A stretch of DNA of 64,000 bases from a virus (IMGVR_UViG_3300032272_000007:10757-74756), one strand, 5' to 3'. Counted from the stretch's first letter, positions 16,644 through 25,969 are shown. Numbers and translations are program-made. The notes: generated by a model not told the origin, from the sequence alone.

Positions 16644-16748
16644 TGTATATAATATTTAATTGTTAAAAATTCAATCTATAAAGCCGGATCCCTATTGCAG
16701 CAACTCCAACGGTTGCGGCTACTGTATTTTTTAGAAAGTCGCGTCTTT

Positions 16749-16931
16749 TCATATCCCAGTCTTTTGTTCGTACCGTGTAATCAGCACTAAAATGAAAGAG
16801 TGGTAGTTCTTTGCTATCACGGGATTTCCTGTTAAGATGTATTCTAGCGGGCTCAGAACCATTAAGATGAGAAAAATGACAAATGCCACGATTAATAACA
16901 GAATGCCGATGATTCTAAATAGTATTTTCAT
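16749..16931 (-). CDS. Small membrane protein
   Basis: Long N-terminal hydrophobic helix. Confidence 0.55.
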   Translation of the reverse strand: MKILFRIIGILLLIVAFVIFLILMVLSPLEYILTGNPVIAKNYHSFILVLITRYEQKTGI

Positions 16932-17125
16932 TCTTCCAGTAACAGTTTTGCTGCTTTTTCAAAGGTTTCTCCAGTGAATTTTTCATCTCCAGTGGTCTCA
17001 AGTAGTTCGAATGCCTGCGGATTTTGGTCTAAAATATCCCTTTTCAGAAGTTGGACCAACTCATCATGATCACCTTGAGAATTCGCTATTAACCATTGAT
17101 GGTAAGCTGTCTTTTCTTTTTCCAT
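16928..17125 (-). CDS. Hypothetical protein
   Basis: ORF with ATGA coupling. Confidence 0.55.
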   Translation of the reverse strand: MEKEKTAYHQWLIANSQGDHDELVQLLKRDILDQNPQAFELLETTGDEKFTGETFEKAAKLLLEE

Positions 17126-17483
17126 TACTTATTTGGGTTATAGCCACATTCTCCACAATCACCCCCTTGGTAGTAGGGGTTTCCGCAGCAGTGGCAAAAG
17201 TCTGATTTTTTCATTCTGATTTGTAGTTAATGCTCTCCTGAGAGCTTTCTAGTAGGTCGAATACCTTGAAAATGGTTTCTCCAGCGAATCCCCTCTCAAA
17301 TTCAAATACTGCAGTCTGAATCCTGGCGTACTGAAACGTCTTTCGGAAGAATGGTCCTTTGCGTTACTCATGTTTTACGTTTACCGTTGGAAATACAACA
17401 AATTCAGCATTCAATTTTTTCACCTCTTCACGAAGCTGGAGGAGCTCCTGGTAATCCTCCAGTGGTATCTTTGCGTGGAACAT

Positions 17484-17771
17484 CTACATTGGCAAGTTGA
17501 AGTTCTCCATAATTCGTTCAATTTGAGCTTGTAAGTAGTGGATCTCGGATTCTAGTTCCTCTATAGCTGCAATATGCCTCGGAAATTGGCTGTTGTTATC
17601 TGTTGAATCTGGGGTGGGTTCTTTCTGAATAGCATTATCAAAAATCTCATTGGTTAAATTGTGTAAGTTTTGATTAACATTACTGATTCTATCCCGACAG
17701 CTAATAACTTTTTCAGTCTGCTCTACAATAGAGGCTAGTTTTGGTGATTTTGCATCAATTAAATCCTTCAT
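17484..17771 (-). CDS. Hypothetical coiled-coil protein
   Basis: ORF directly downstream of tRNA-Cys. Confidence 0.55.
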   Translation of the reverse strand: MKDLIDAKSPKLASIVEQTEKVISCRDRISNVNQNLHNLTNEIFDNAIQKEPTPDSTDNNSQFPRHIAAIEELESEIHYLQAQIERIMENFNLPM

Positions 17772-17793
17772 TTTTATAAATTTAGAGTGTTAG

Positions 17794-17866
17794 AGACGAT
17801 AACAGGGCTCGAACCTGTGATCAATGTTTTGCAGACATTCGCCTTGACCAACTTGGCTATATCGTC
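17794..17866 (-). tRNA. trnC: tRNA-Cys (GCA); CCA not encoded
   Basis: GACGATA/TATCGTC acceptor, AATGT-CTGCAAA-ACATT anticodon arm, ACAGG-TTCGAGC-CCTGT T-arm. Confidence 0.93.
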
Positions 17867-17909
17867 TAAAAGGGAAGAGCTCACTACACTCTTCCCACAG
17901 TTATGCTGA

Positions 17910-18575
17910 CTAATCAGCAGAAAGTGATTTCACTACAGCTATGAATAGATCATCTTTGTAGCGTTGTGATTCAGGGAGATCGGCGTAAGGAACGATGCAC
18001 GGGTGCAATTTCTTCTCAGGATCTTTCTCCTCACCGTATTTCCAACCTTCATCTACCTTATCCTTCATCCAGTTGTTGTGAAGTGAATCAGGCCCAGCTT
18101 TTGGGTTCTCCAAACGGAAAATTACACCCTTAACAGCGCTCTCTTTTTGCCAATCTGGTGCCTTTTCCCAAGTTAGCTGAGAATTGTCACCGATCGATTG
18201 GCAATAAGTTCTGTTGACTTCGTGGCAGGTTTCGGCGATCTTAGCAATGAAAGCGGCTTTTTTAGCCGCCAGGTGTTCTTTATCATCAGCTTTGCCCTTC
18301 TTTTCATCTTTATCGGCTGTAACTTTCGTATTACCAGCATCAAAAACATCTCCAGGAGACCATGACTGGTAACCATCTTCATAAACCACAAAGTATCCTC
18401 CAGCTATTGGATTATGCTTTTTGACATATAAATGAGAAACTGCGAACTTTTTACCCTTTGAGGGAGTGATAATTGCAGAACCGCCGGGTTTTAGCTTAAC
18501 GGATTTGATTTTACAAGCACGAACCACCTTGTGGCTTCTGTACTCCTGTAATTTTGAAACATCTAATGGATCCAT
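17910..18575 (-). CDS. Two-domain protein: conserved phage N-terminal domain plus C-terminal RyR (ryanodine receptor repeat) domain
   Basis: N-term YRSHKVVRA...GGYFVVYEDGYQSWSPGDVF; C-term HNNWMKDKVDEGWKYGEEKDPEKKLHPCIVPYADLPESQRYKD is the RyR signature. Confidence 0.75.
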   Translation of the reverse strand: MDPLDVSKLQEYRSHKVVRACKIKSVKLKPGGSAIITPSKGKKFAVSHLYVKKHNPIAGGYFVVYEDGYQSWSPGDVFDAGNTKVTADKDEKKGKADDKEHLAAKKAAFIAKIAETCHEVNRTYCQSIGDNSQLTWEKAPDWQKESAVKGVIFRLENPKAGPDSLHNNWMKDKVDEGWKYGEEKDPEKKLHPCIVPYADLPESQRYKDDLFIAVVKSLSAD

Positions 18576-18743
18576 ATAATTTTAATTTTTGATTAATTCT
18601 TTGCAAGGTAAATTCTTTTTTATTTCCAGCTCCTTCTGCCCCACTGGCCATATTTTGCAGATACACTCCCTTTTAGGGTCTCTCTTGCATAGTGGGGCGT
18701 GTGGGCAGAAAAACTTTACCATAACTGTTTCACGTGAAACACT

Positions 18744-18968
18744 TTACACTTTCTGAGGACCATGTGCCATACTACCATCTAATCTACTGAATGGCTGATT
18801 CTCCTTTATCGGAGGTAAGGACATACACTTACGAAGCACATTCATTCCCTCCCTGATTTCTATCTCGTTCTTTTTTAGCTTCTTACGCATATAAGGGGTG
18901 GTCTGCACCCGTATTTCATACTGAACTAGGCTTAATTTCTCTTCAAGAATTTCAATTGCTGCTTTCAT
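18744..18968 (-). CDS. Hypothetical protein, first gene of the leftward operon
   Basis: Start MKAAIE behind the promoter at 18990-18997. Confidence 0.5.
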   Translation of the reverse strand: MKAAIEILEEKLSLVQYEIRVQTTPYMRKKLKKNEIEIREGMNVLRKCMSLPPIKENQPFSRLDGSMAHGPQKV

Positions 18969-18989
18969 AAGGACTGAATCATTTAAAAT

Positions 18990-19048
18990 CAAATATAGTT
19001 TGATGATGTAGATAAAAACAAGAGATTGTCAAATTATTTTTAATTTAG
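18990..19048. promoter_or_regulatory. Divergent promoters at the early/late strand switch
   Basis: TATATTTG (minus, 18990-18997) and TAATTTAG (plus, 19041-19048). Confidence 0.55.
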
Positions 19049-19052
19049 CTGC

Positions 19053-19874
19053 ATGAAGTTCATCTATGACTATGCGGTCGTTAAATTCGACAAACTAATA
19101 CGGAATGAATCCGAAGTATCTGGAGCAAACGGACAAAAAATACTTCTAGCAATGGCTAAGGAGATGGAGCGCTATGTGCACAATGAGGGAACGGTCGTAA
19201 GCGTTCCAGATAAACTATCTGATAGTAAAGTCTTTGCTTTCAACAGGATGGGGCCTCCTTTATACTATCGATCCAGCCCACAGGAGGTAACATGGCTTGA
19301 TGTTGTTCCAATGTCCATTAAGGCTGGGGATAAGGTGTATTGCCATCATAATGCAGTAATGAATGCCCTAAAAGACTCCGAAGATGTAATACTCAAAGAG
19401 GAGTACAACAAAGAGCGGAAGGAAACAACTGTTTGGATCAAAGTGCTAATTACTGATATTTTCTGTGCGGAGCGGAAAGGAAAACTTTTCCCTAACGCTA
19501 CTTGGACATTGGTTAAGCCTGATATGGAAACATGGGAGGATATATTAGTTCCCATTCCTGAAATAGACCCACTAACTGGTCAGCAGAAGGTGGAACTAAC
19601 CAAAAAAATGGATAAAGCTGGGATCATGCAGACTACTCCGGTACCAAAATGGTTACCAAAGGAGAAGTGGATACAAACGAAACAGGCACCAGAAGCAAAA
19701 TTTCTTAGAGGGTTCATTGAAGCTATTGGAGATCCGTTGATTGGAGATATTAAAGACCTTGAAAAAGGAGATCACATCATTTTTAGAAATTTCGTTGATT
19801 TTGAGGTTAGCATTGGTGGTGTTAAATATTATTTGATGAAACAGATGAATATTAGAGGGGTTATTGAAAAATAA
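19053..19874 (+). CDS. GroES-like (co-chaperonin-related) phage protein
   Basis: EGTVVSVP...IKAGDKVYCHHNAV and a second GFIEAIG...LEKGDHIIF GroES-like segment. Confidence 0.55.
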   Translation: MKFIYDYAVVKFDKLIRNESEVSGANGQKILLAMAKEMERYVHNEGTVVSVPDKLSDSKVFAFNRMGPPLYYRSSPQEVTWLDVVPMSIKAGDKVYCHHNAVMNALKDSEDVILKEEYNKERKETTVWIKVLITDIFCAERKGKLFPNATWTLVKPDMETWEDILVPIPEIDPLTGQQKVELTKKMDKAGIMQTTPVPKWLPKEKWIQTKQAPEAKFLRGFIEAIGDPLIGDIKDLEKGDHIIFRNFVDFEVSIGGVKYYLMKQMNIRGVIEK

Positions 19875-19888
19875 TCTACCTTTGGATT

Positions 19889-19970
19889 TCGCCTCTCAAG
19901 CCTTCACTGGCTGAATCATAATGTGAGGAGTGTTTGAAGTAAAACCCTTGGATCCATTCAGGGGTTTTTT
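19889..19970 (+). ncRNA. Candidate trans-acting sRNA antisense to early-gene start regions
   Basis: TACCTTTG at 19877-19884, terminator at 19941-19970, contains CATAAT and TGTTTGAAGT. Confidence 0.5.
19941..19970 (+). terminator. Rho-independent terminator
   Basis: AAAACCCTTG-GATCCATT-CAGGGGTTTT followed by further Ts. Confidence 0.7.
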
Positions 19971-20033
19971 TGTACCTTAGCACTGGTGGTTTATTTTTTC
20001 AAGGCTCAGTATGAGTTTTTAAGTATGAGCGTC

Positions 20034-20066
20034 AAAACCTCTGGGATTTTCTCAGAGGTTTTATTT
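20034..20066 (+). terminator. Rho-independent terminator
   Basis: AAAACCTCTGGG-ATTTT-CTCAGAGGTTTT. Confidence 0.65.
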
Positions 20067-20197
20067 TCGAGAGGATCAGGATGTTGAGATCAAGCATTCG
20101 TGGGAGTGGTTGAAGGCCACAGCTGGGCAATTCTCTTTGCAAGATCATCCAGCCGTTCTGAAAAAGCCCACAGTTGAATTATGCCCTCTCTGCAAGG

Positions 20198-20234
20198 AAG
20201 TCCCAGCGCTACTATACTGGGCTTTCTTGTTTTT
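20198..20234 (+). terminator. Rho-independent terminator
   Basis: AAGTCCCAG...CTGGGCTTT followed by CTTGTTTTT. Confidence 0.55.
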
Positions 20235-20237
20235 CTA

Positions 20238-20299
20238 ATCCCCTTTGTATCCCCTCAGTATGGTCATACTAAGGGGATGTATATCCCCTTTGCATCCCC
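20238..20299. repeat. Direct repeat ATCCCCTTTGYATCCCC flanking a near-perfect inverted repeat
   Basis: 17-mers at 20238-20254 and 20283-20299; palindrome at 20249-20278. Confidence 0.75.
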
Positions 20300-20388
20300 G
20301 CTTGTATGGTATTGATATACTATAACAATACACTATTAATACAATATCTACTAGTAGCAGTAAGGAGAATCAAATTATATTTGTTTCT

Positions 20389-20673
20389 ATGGAAACAAAT
20401 ATAAAACCCAGATTCGATTGCGCTCTTGTTGAATTACTACCTGATAAAGATCATTTCAGTAAAGATGCGGACATTATTAAACCAGACAATGCTAAAAACT
20501 CTGGTAAGATGCTTAGAGGTAAAGTTCTAAGATTTGGATCTAGCTGCGAGGGATTGACGGAAGGAATGATCGTTGGTTTCCGGAATGGAGCTGGAGAGAA
20601 AGACATCGATGCTGAAAATGCCAATTTAATGTTGATACGCGATAAAGACCTAATGATCACCTATGACGACTGA
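20389..20673 (+). CDS. groES: Co-chaperonin GroES (Cpn10)
   Basis: IKPRFDCALVE...IIKPDNAK...GKVLRFG...LTEGMIVGF...LMLIRDKDL. Confidence 0.8.
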   Translation: METNIKPRFDCALVELLPDKDHFSKDADIIKPDNAKNSGKMLRGKVLRFGSSCEGLTEGMIVGFRNGAGEKDIDAENANLMLIRDKDLMITYDD

Positions 20674-21352
20674 AACCGAGGAGCGATTTAGTAAGCTCAG
20701 GTTTCCTGTGCATAAAATACCGCCTGAGAAAGATCTTACTCAGGCGGTACCTAATCTATTTGTGTACAATGAATTCAAGAAGTTCGCCCATGAGCATAAA
20801 TCACTCATCATTCGATACATCTGCTTTTTGTATGATCCAGGATCTGACCTCATCACTGACTTTCAAGAAGACATGGAAGCCAGACGAAACGCTGCTGCAG
20901 TTGCGGCGGGAATAGAAAGAAATGGAGATAAGTGGCCTAAGTGGTTTGAACTATCCATCAACTTTGAAAAAGAGGAGGTTAAAAAAGTTTTAGTAGAAGA
21001 GGGTACTGACGATTCAAAACCCATATACAAAAACGAGAGGAAAATTACTCGAGACAAGGATTTGATCATGATGATCCTACGTTTCATTAGAATTTTCCGA
21101 AATAGAATTTGGATTGAGATCTGCACCCTTGAGGTGGAATACGATCGTATGACCAAACAGCGATGGGAAGGAGTTGGACTTAATGATCCACAGAAAATCA
21201 AGCAGGCGGCTGATTTATCTAATGTTTGTGATGGTCACCTGGTAAAGTTGAATTCCTTCTACAATGAATTTTTTGGAGACAAGGATCTTGAGGATAATGT
21301 TATTGAAATGATGACTCCTGAAAATTTAGATAGACTTAGAAAAAGCGGATAA
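20663..21352 (+). CDS. Hypothetical protein, possible terminase small subunit
   Basis: Position immediately before, and coupled to, terL. Confidence 0.4.
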   Translation: MTTETEERFSKLRFPVHKIPPEKDLTQAVPNLFVYNEFKKFAHEHKSLIIRYICFLYDPGSDLITDFQEDMEARRNAAAVAAGIERNGDKWPKWFELSINFEKEEVKKVLVEEGTDDSKPIYKNERKITRDKDLIMMILRFIRIFRNRIWIEICTLEVEYDRMTKQRWEGVGLNDPQKIKQAADLSNVCDGHLVKLNSFYNEFFGDKDLEDNVIEMMTPENLDRLRKSG

Positions 21353-23601
21353 TGTATCACGAGGTAGAGGGAGGAACAGAAATCACAATAAAACACGGAT
21401 ACAAGGTTTGGATTCCTCCAATGCCAGAAAAAAGCGCTATTCATGGCTTTGAAAAACTAAAGAAAGATCAGAAGTGGGAAAGAACCCTTCTTCCAGACTA
21501 TTGGGAAGATCGACGCGAAGAGGAAATCTTCAAACGCGAAGAGTGGGAGAAAATGGTTAAAGATGGGAAGATTGATAGGAAAAAATCTCATCCGTTTGTA
21601 GATCCAGTGCTTGAAAAATTCAGAAGACAAGAATTTGCTCGACGCGAAGAGGGATTTTGGTTTTATAACAATGGGGAACCGACCTATATTAATGGATCTC
21701 ACTACTATTACCTGAACTGGACCAGGTGGGATCACGTGGAAAACGATGGTTACCCTATTTTCTATGAGAATCAAATACATCGATTTTACTTCCGAGAACT
21801 TTGTGAGACAGATCCAAGATCGCTAGGCTACCTCATTATCGGACCAAGGGGATTTGGTAAGTCCTGTGAGGAAATTTCGTGCATCATAAACCGCATCACA
21901 AAACCACCACGTAAAAAGTGGGCTGCAATCCAGTCAATGACTGAAAAGGACGCACAGGATGTACTTTTCATTAAAAAGGTTGTTCCTATGTACAACGACC
22001 TTCCAGATTTCTTCAAGCCCATCAATGATCATGGAACCAGTCCAGTATCATCACTTTCATTCAAAAGAGACCGAAAAACAGGAAAAGCTGCCCATAAAGT
22101 AAAATTTGATCCAGAAGATGAACTAAACAATCTTCTATCATGGGTGGGATCCAAGGAAAAAGCACTAGATGGTGAAACCCTCCAGGACATCATGCAGGAT
22201 GAAGTTGGAAAAACAGAGGATCACATCGCAAATGTGTCAGTACGTACTGGGGTCAACCGAAATAGTGTTTTCAGAAATAATAGAAAAATTGGTATTCAGC
22301 GATGTACTACCACTATTGAGGATATGGACTCTGGTGGAGCTGCATGTTTAGAGCTCTGGGATGACTCAGATCCAGATAAGCGCACCGCCAACGGGCAAAC
22401 CCTCTCTAGTTTGTATAAATGGCTAGTTATAACTCAGGAGTGCGACCGTAGGTTTGCTGATGATTATGGTCGGATTGGTCCAGACCGGGAGATACCAATT
22501 GAAGATATTGACGATCCAGACAGGAATGGAGTAGGAAAACTAAGTGGTAAAAAAATGTCCCTTCTTGAATACCACGGGAATGAGCGAAAAGCTAGAATGC
22601 ACGACCCTATCAAATTGGCTAATTGGGTTCGTAAGCATATCATGAGTGAGCAAGACATTCGAATTAAGAAAGGAGGAGCAAGTACATTCAACCAGATGAT
22701 TATTAATAATAATCGAACGGAATTAATGCTTCTTAAAACCCCTCTTTGGGTACGAGGTAACTTCCATTTCGAAGGTAAGCCGTTCAAAAGCAAGGTTTAT
22801 TTTGAAAGAGATGATCATGAAGGAAGGTGGCAAGTTAGTTTACTATTGGATCCAAATGACTCCAATCGGTTTCATTACGAGGAAGGTCTTAATGGAAAAA
22901 AATTATTGGTACCGAATAACTCTTTAAAATTTGGAGCTGGAGTCGATCCTATCAAAGATGTTAAGACTAAAAATCCTCGTGCATCAAAGATGTCCGCCCA
23001 CTTCAAGTACAAGTATGATGACAAAATTGATAGAGGAAAACCAGTAGAAGAATGGGAGTCATGTAGATATGTTGCTAGGTATCACTTCCGTCCAGATGAT
23101 TCAAAGGATGCTTTTATGGACGTAGCAATGGGGATGTTGTATTTTGGATGTTGGGCAAATATTGAGGGAAACATTGGAGAGTTTACGGGATGGCTAAAGT
23201 CTAATGGAATGGATAAATTCATTATGACGGCGGCAGATTTTGATGAGCCTTCCTTTGAGTCAAAAAAGAGCCTAGAGAACAGCTTGGTATCCACCGTAGA
23301 GGTGCAACAGGCGTATATTAGTAAAATTCGTACCTTTATCGCAAGACATCTCCACAGGAGAAATGCTTTACCTTTTATTGAAACGAATGACCAATTGTTG
23401 GATTTTGAGATTGAAAAGGTAACTTTCTTTGATGATGTCGTAAGTTTGGGGTTCTGTGAACTTGGTGACGATGCTATCGTTATTGAACAAGAAGTTCCCG
23501 AAACAGAATCAAGTGATTGGTTTCCGGAGTTTGATATTAGCGAAGACACCCCCGTACTGGTAGAAAATTACGATGATGAATTTTGGAAAGATTTAATGTA
23601 A
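21352..23601 (+). CDS. terL: Terminase large subunit
   Basis: Walker A GPRGFGKS, Walker B IMQDEVGK, nuclease GAGVDP...FDDVVS. Confidence 0.9.
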   Translation: MYHEVEGGTEITIKHGYKVWIPPMPEKSAIHGFEKLKKDQKWERTLLPDYWEDRREEEIFKREEWEKMVKDGKIDRKKSHPFVDPVLEKFRRQEFARREEGFWFYNNGEPTYINGSHYYYLNWTRWDHVENDGYPIFYENQIHRFYFRELCETDPRSLGYLIIGPRGFGKSCEEISCIINRITKPPRKKWAAIQSMTEKDAQDVLFIKKVVPMYNDLPDFFKPINDHGTSPVSSLSFKRDRKTGKAAHKVKFDPEDELNNLLSWVGSKEKALDGETLQDIMQDEVGKTEDHIANVSVRTGVNRNSVFRNNRKIGIQRCTTTIEDMDSGGAACLELWDDSDPDKRTANGQTLSSLYKWLVITQECDRRFADDYGRIGPDREIPIEDIDDPDRNGVGKLSGKKMSLLEYHGNERKARMHDPIKLANWVRKHIMSEQDIRIKKGGASTFNQMIINNNRTELMLLKTPLWVRGNFHFEGKPFKSKVYFERDDHEGRWQVSLLLDPNDSNRFHYEEGLNGKKLLVPNNSLKFGAGVDPIKDVKTKNPRASKMSAHFKYKYDDKIDRGKPVEEWESCRYVARYHFRPDDSKDAFMDVAMGMLYFGCWANIEGNIGEFTGWLKSNGMDKFIMTAADFDEPSFESKKSLENSLVSTVEVQQAYISKIRTFIARHLHRRNALPFIETNDQLLDFEIEKVTFFDDVVSLGFCELGDDAIVIEQEVPETESSDWFPEFDISEDTPVLVENYDDEFWKDLM

Positions 23602-23608
23602 ACTCAAC

Positions 23609-25969
23609 ATGGCTCAAAGTGAAACGATAGGAACTAGCAACTTTCCATCGGATCTATGGGATCCTAAAAAGAAGCAGGGCAAAGACTATTCTCTCAAATA
23701 TGGCAAGGCGTTCCTCCATGAACATGAAAAAGGACTGACCAGTAGTTCTTTTGGATTTAGGGGGAAAAGTTTTGAAGGTGATGATATGACTCGTTACCGA
23801 ATGTACGCCAAAGGAGAGCAGCCCACCGATAAATACAAAACCATTTACTCCCACCAAAGAAACGTTGGGAAAGGCAAGCGAAACCTATCACATACCGCCA
23901 TAGACTACTCGATATTAGCAGTAGCTCCAAGAATAGTCCAAAATCTAGTTGGAAAATTACTAGGCCAGGACATGACGGTAAACATCAGCGCAGTAGATCC
24001 CATCTCTGTCAGCGAAAAAAACAAAACCAAGCACAAAATTGTCACCTACCTACACAATAAAGGGTTTTTAGAAAAGATTGCCGAAAAAGCCAATTTTGAT
24101 GTTCAAGATTTATCTCCAATCCCAGAAGGAGTACCTGAACCAAGCGATCAGCTCAACCTAGACGACTACACAGATTTATTTTTTAAGAACAAGTGGTTGA
24201 TGGAGATGAAAGACTTCATCACCCATAACTACGAGGTGAATGATGCTGATAAACTGCTGGAAGAACTTGCAACCGATCTTGTAGAGGTCGGAGCTGGCGG
24301 TATCCGCGTCTGGATGGACAGACAGGGTAATGTCAAGTTCAGAAGGTGTGTAGTTGAGGAGACCGTAGCAAACAATTGTCGATTTGAAGATTTCAGAGAT
24401 CTTACCCGGGTGGGGGAATTCATATATGTCACCATCGCGGAGTTACGTAGCCTATGGCCAGGCCAGCCCGAGCAAACCTATTTGGACATCGCTAACGGCG
24501 CAACATCAAAATATAGCAGTAGCGCCAATCATTATACCTCGAGATACCATGAAAGCGGATCCTTTCCCTACGACGATGAGCGGGTGCGAATATTTGACTA
24601 CACTTGGAAAAGTTCTGACCAAGTATCTAAGGTCATCAAAGAAGACACAAAAACTGGCCACCAAGATGTATTTAACAAACCCTACAACTGGGCGGCAAAA
24701 ATCAATAGAGAGGAGTACAAAGAGAGATTTCCAAACAGAGAGATCATCGAGCGGGTAGATGAGAACTGGTATCAGGCCAAATTAATTGTGGGAACCAATC
24801 ACATTTTTGATTATGGACTAGCTACCAATATCATTCGTGAAGGATCTAACATGTCAAGGACTAGACCAAACTTTATACTGCAGCGTACCCCCCCGATCAT
24901 GAAGCACATCATTCCAGTGCTTGATCAAATACAATTGAACTTCTTGAAATGGCAACAGCATGTAATGACCTCTATGCCAAGACAGATGTCCATCGAGATG
25001 ACAGCCTTGGAGAACATCTCTCTCACCAAAGGGGGCAAAAAAATGACCCCTAAAGAGGCGTTAGCTCTTTATTTCGAGACTGGAATCATACTATGGAGAC
25101 GAACTAACTGGAGAGGGTCTGAGGCGCAATTTAAACCAATCGAACACCATCCTGGAAATATCAGTCAACTGGCCGATCAGCACTATGGATTTATTATTAG
25201 CGGAATTGATCTTCTTAGGTACCTGGTGGGACTCCCAGAAGTTACCGACTCCACGGTACCGAACCCAGAGATTGGAAAAGGGGTGATGATGGAGGCTATA
25301 TCCAGTGTGGCGGACACCATGAGAAGGTTATACAATTCTTGGAAATTTTCATACAAGGCACTTGCTAGAAATGTTCTTGATTTGACGGTAGATTCTGTTA
25401 TTTACTTTGGAGGAGATCAATACGTCAATGCACTTGGTATCGATTCTGTAGTATTTACCCAGCTAGTGCAAGAATTAAGCTCTCGGGAACTTGGTATAAT
25501 AATCGAGATAGGTCCAGACTCGGAGAAGAGGGTATTCTTGCAGCAGATGATCATCAAAGCTCAGGAAAACCAACAAATAGATGCAGAAACCGCATATATT
25601 CTCCAGCACGAGAAAAACTACCTCCGCGTAGTGTTGATTCTAAAACAGAAAGCCGTTGAGGCACAGAAAGCGCAATCACAAGCGGTTCAGGAACAGACTA
25701 AAGCAGAACTTGACAAAAATGCTGCGTCTACAAACATTGCCAATGAGGGCGAAATTAACAAGCTGATAAAAGAAAATGAGTTGGCGATCAAACTAGCGGA
25801 TCATAAGCACCAATTGAAGGTTATTGAAGATGATAATATTGCCAAAAATGATATTATCTTGAAGAAACTGGAGCATGACCAAGAATTGGACGAGAACGAG
25901 CAGAAGTTCGTTAATGACGCTACGTTGGCGGACAAAAAAGAAGCCTCAACCGCGATGGCTGAGGCCTAA
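23609..25969 (+). CDS. Portal protein
   Basis: 786 aa after terL; Bacteroidota phage portal pattern, coiled-coil C-terminus. Confidence 0.85.
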   Translation: MAQSETIGTSNFPSDLWDPKKKQGKDYSLKYGKAFLHEHEKGLTSSSFGFRGKSFEGDDMTRYRMYAKGEQPTDKYKTIYSHQRNVGKGKRNLSHTAIDYSILAVAPRIVQNLVGKLLGQDMTVNISAVDPISVSEKNKTKHKIVTYLHNKGFLEKIAEKANFDVQDLSPIPEGVPEPSDQLNLDDYTDLFFKNKWLMEMKDFITHNYEVNDADKLLEELATDLVEVGAGGIRVWMDRQGNVKFRRCVVEETVANNCRFEDFRDLTRVGEFIYVTIAELRSLWPGQPEQTYLDIANGATSKYSSSANHYTSRYHESGSFPYDDERVRIFDYTWKSSDQVSKVIKEDTKTGHQDVFNKPYNWAAKINREEYKERFPNREIIERVDENWYQAKLIVGTNHIFDYGLATNIIREGSNMSRTRPNFILQRTPPIMKHIIPVLDQIQLNFLKWQQHVMTSMPRQMSIEMTALENISLTKGGKKMTPKEALALYFETGIILWRRTNWRGSEAQFKPIEHHPGNISQLADQHYGFIISGIDLLRYLVGLPEVTDSTVPNPEIGKGVMMEAISSVADTMRRLYNSWKFSYKALARNVLDLTVDSVIYFGGDQYVNALGIDSVVFTQLVQELSSRELGIIIEIGPDSEKRVFLQQMIIKAQENQQIDAETAYILQHEKNYLRVVLILKQKAVEAQKAQSQAVQEQTKAELDKNAASTNIANEGEINKLIKENELAIKLADHKHQLKVIEDDNIAKNDIILKKLEHDQELDENEQKFVNDATLADKKEASTAMAEA

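Noticed and set aside
16681-16725. tRNA-like hairpin
   Set aside because: Single stem only, with no T-loop or cloverleaf
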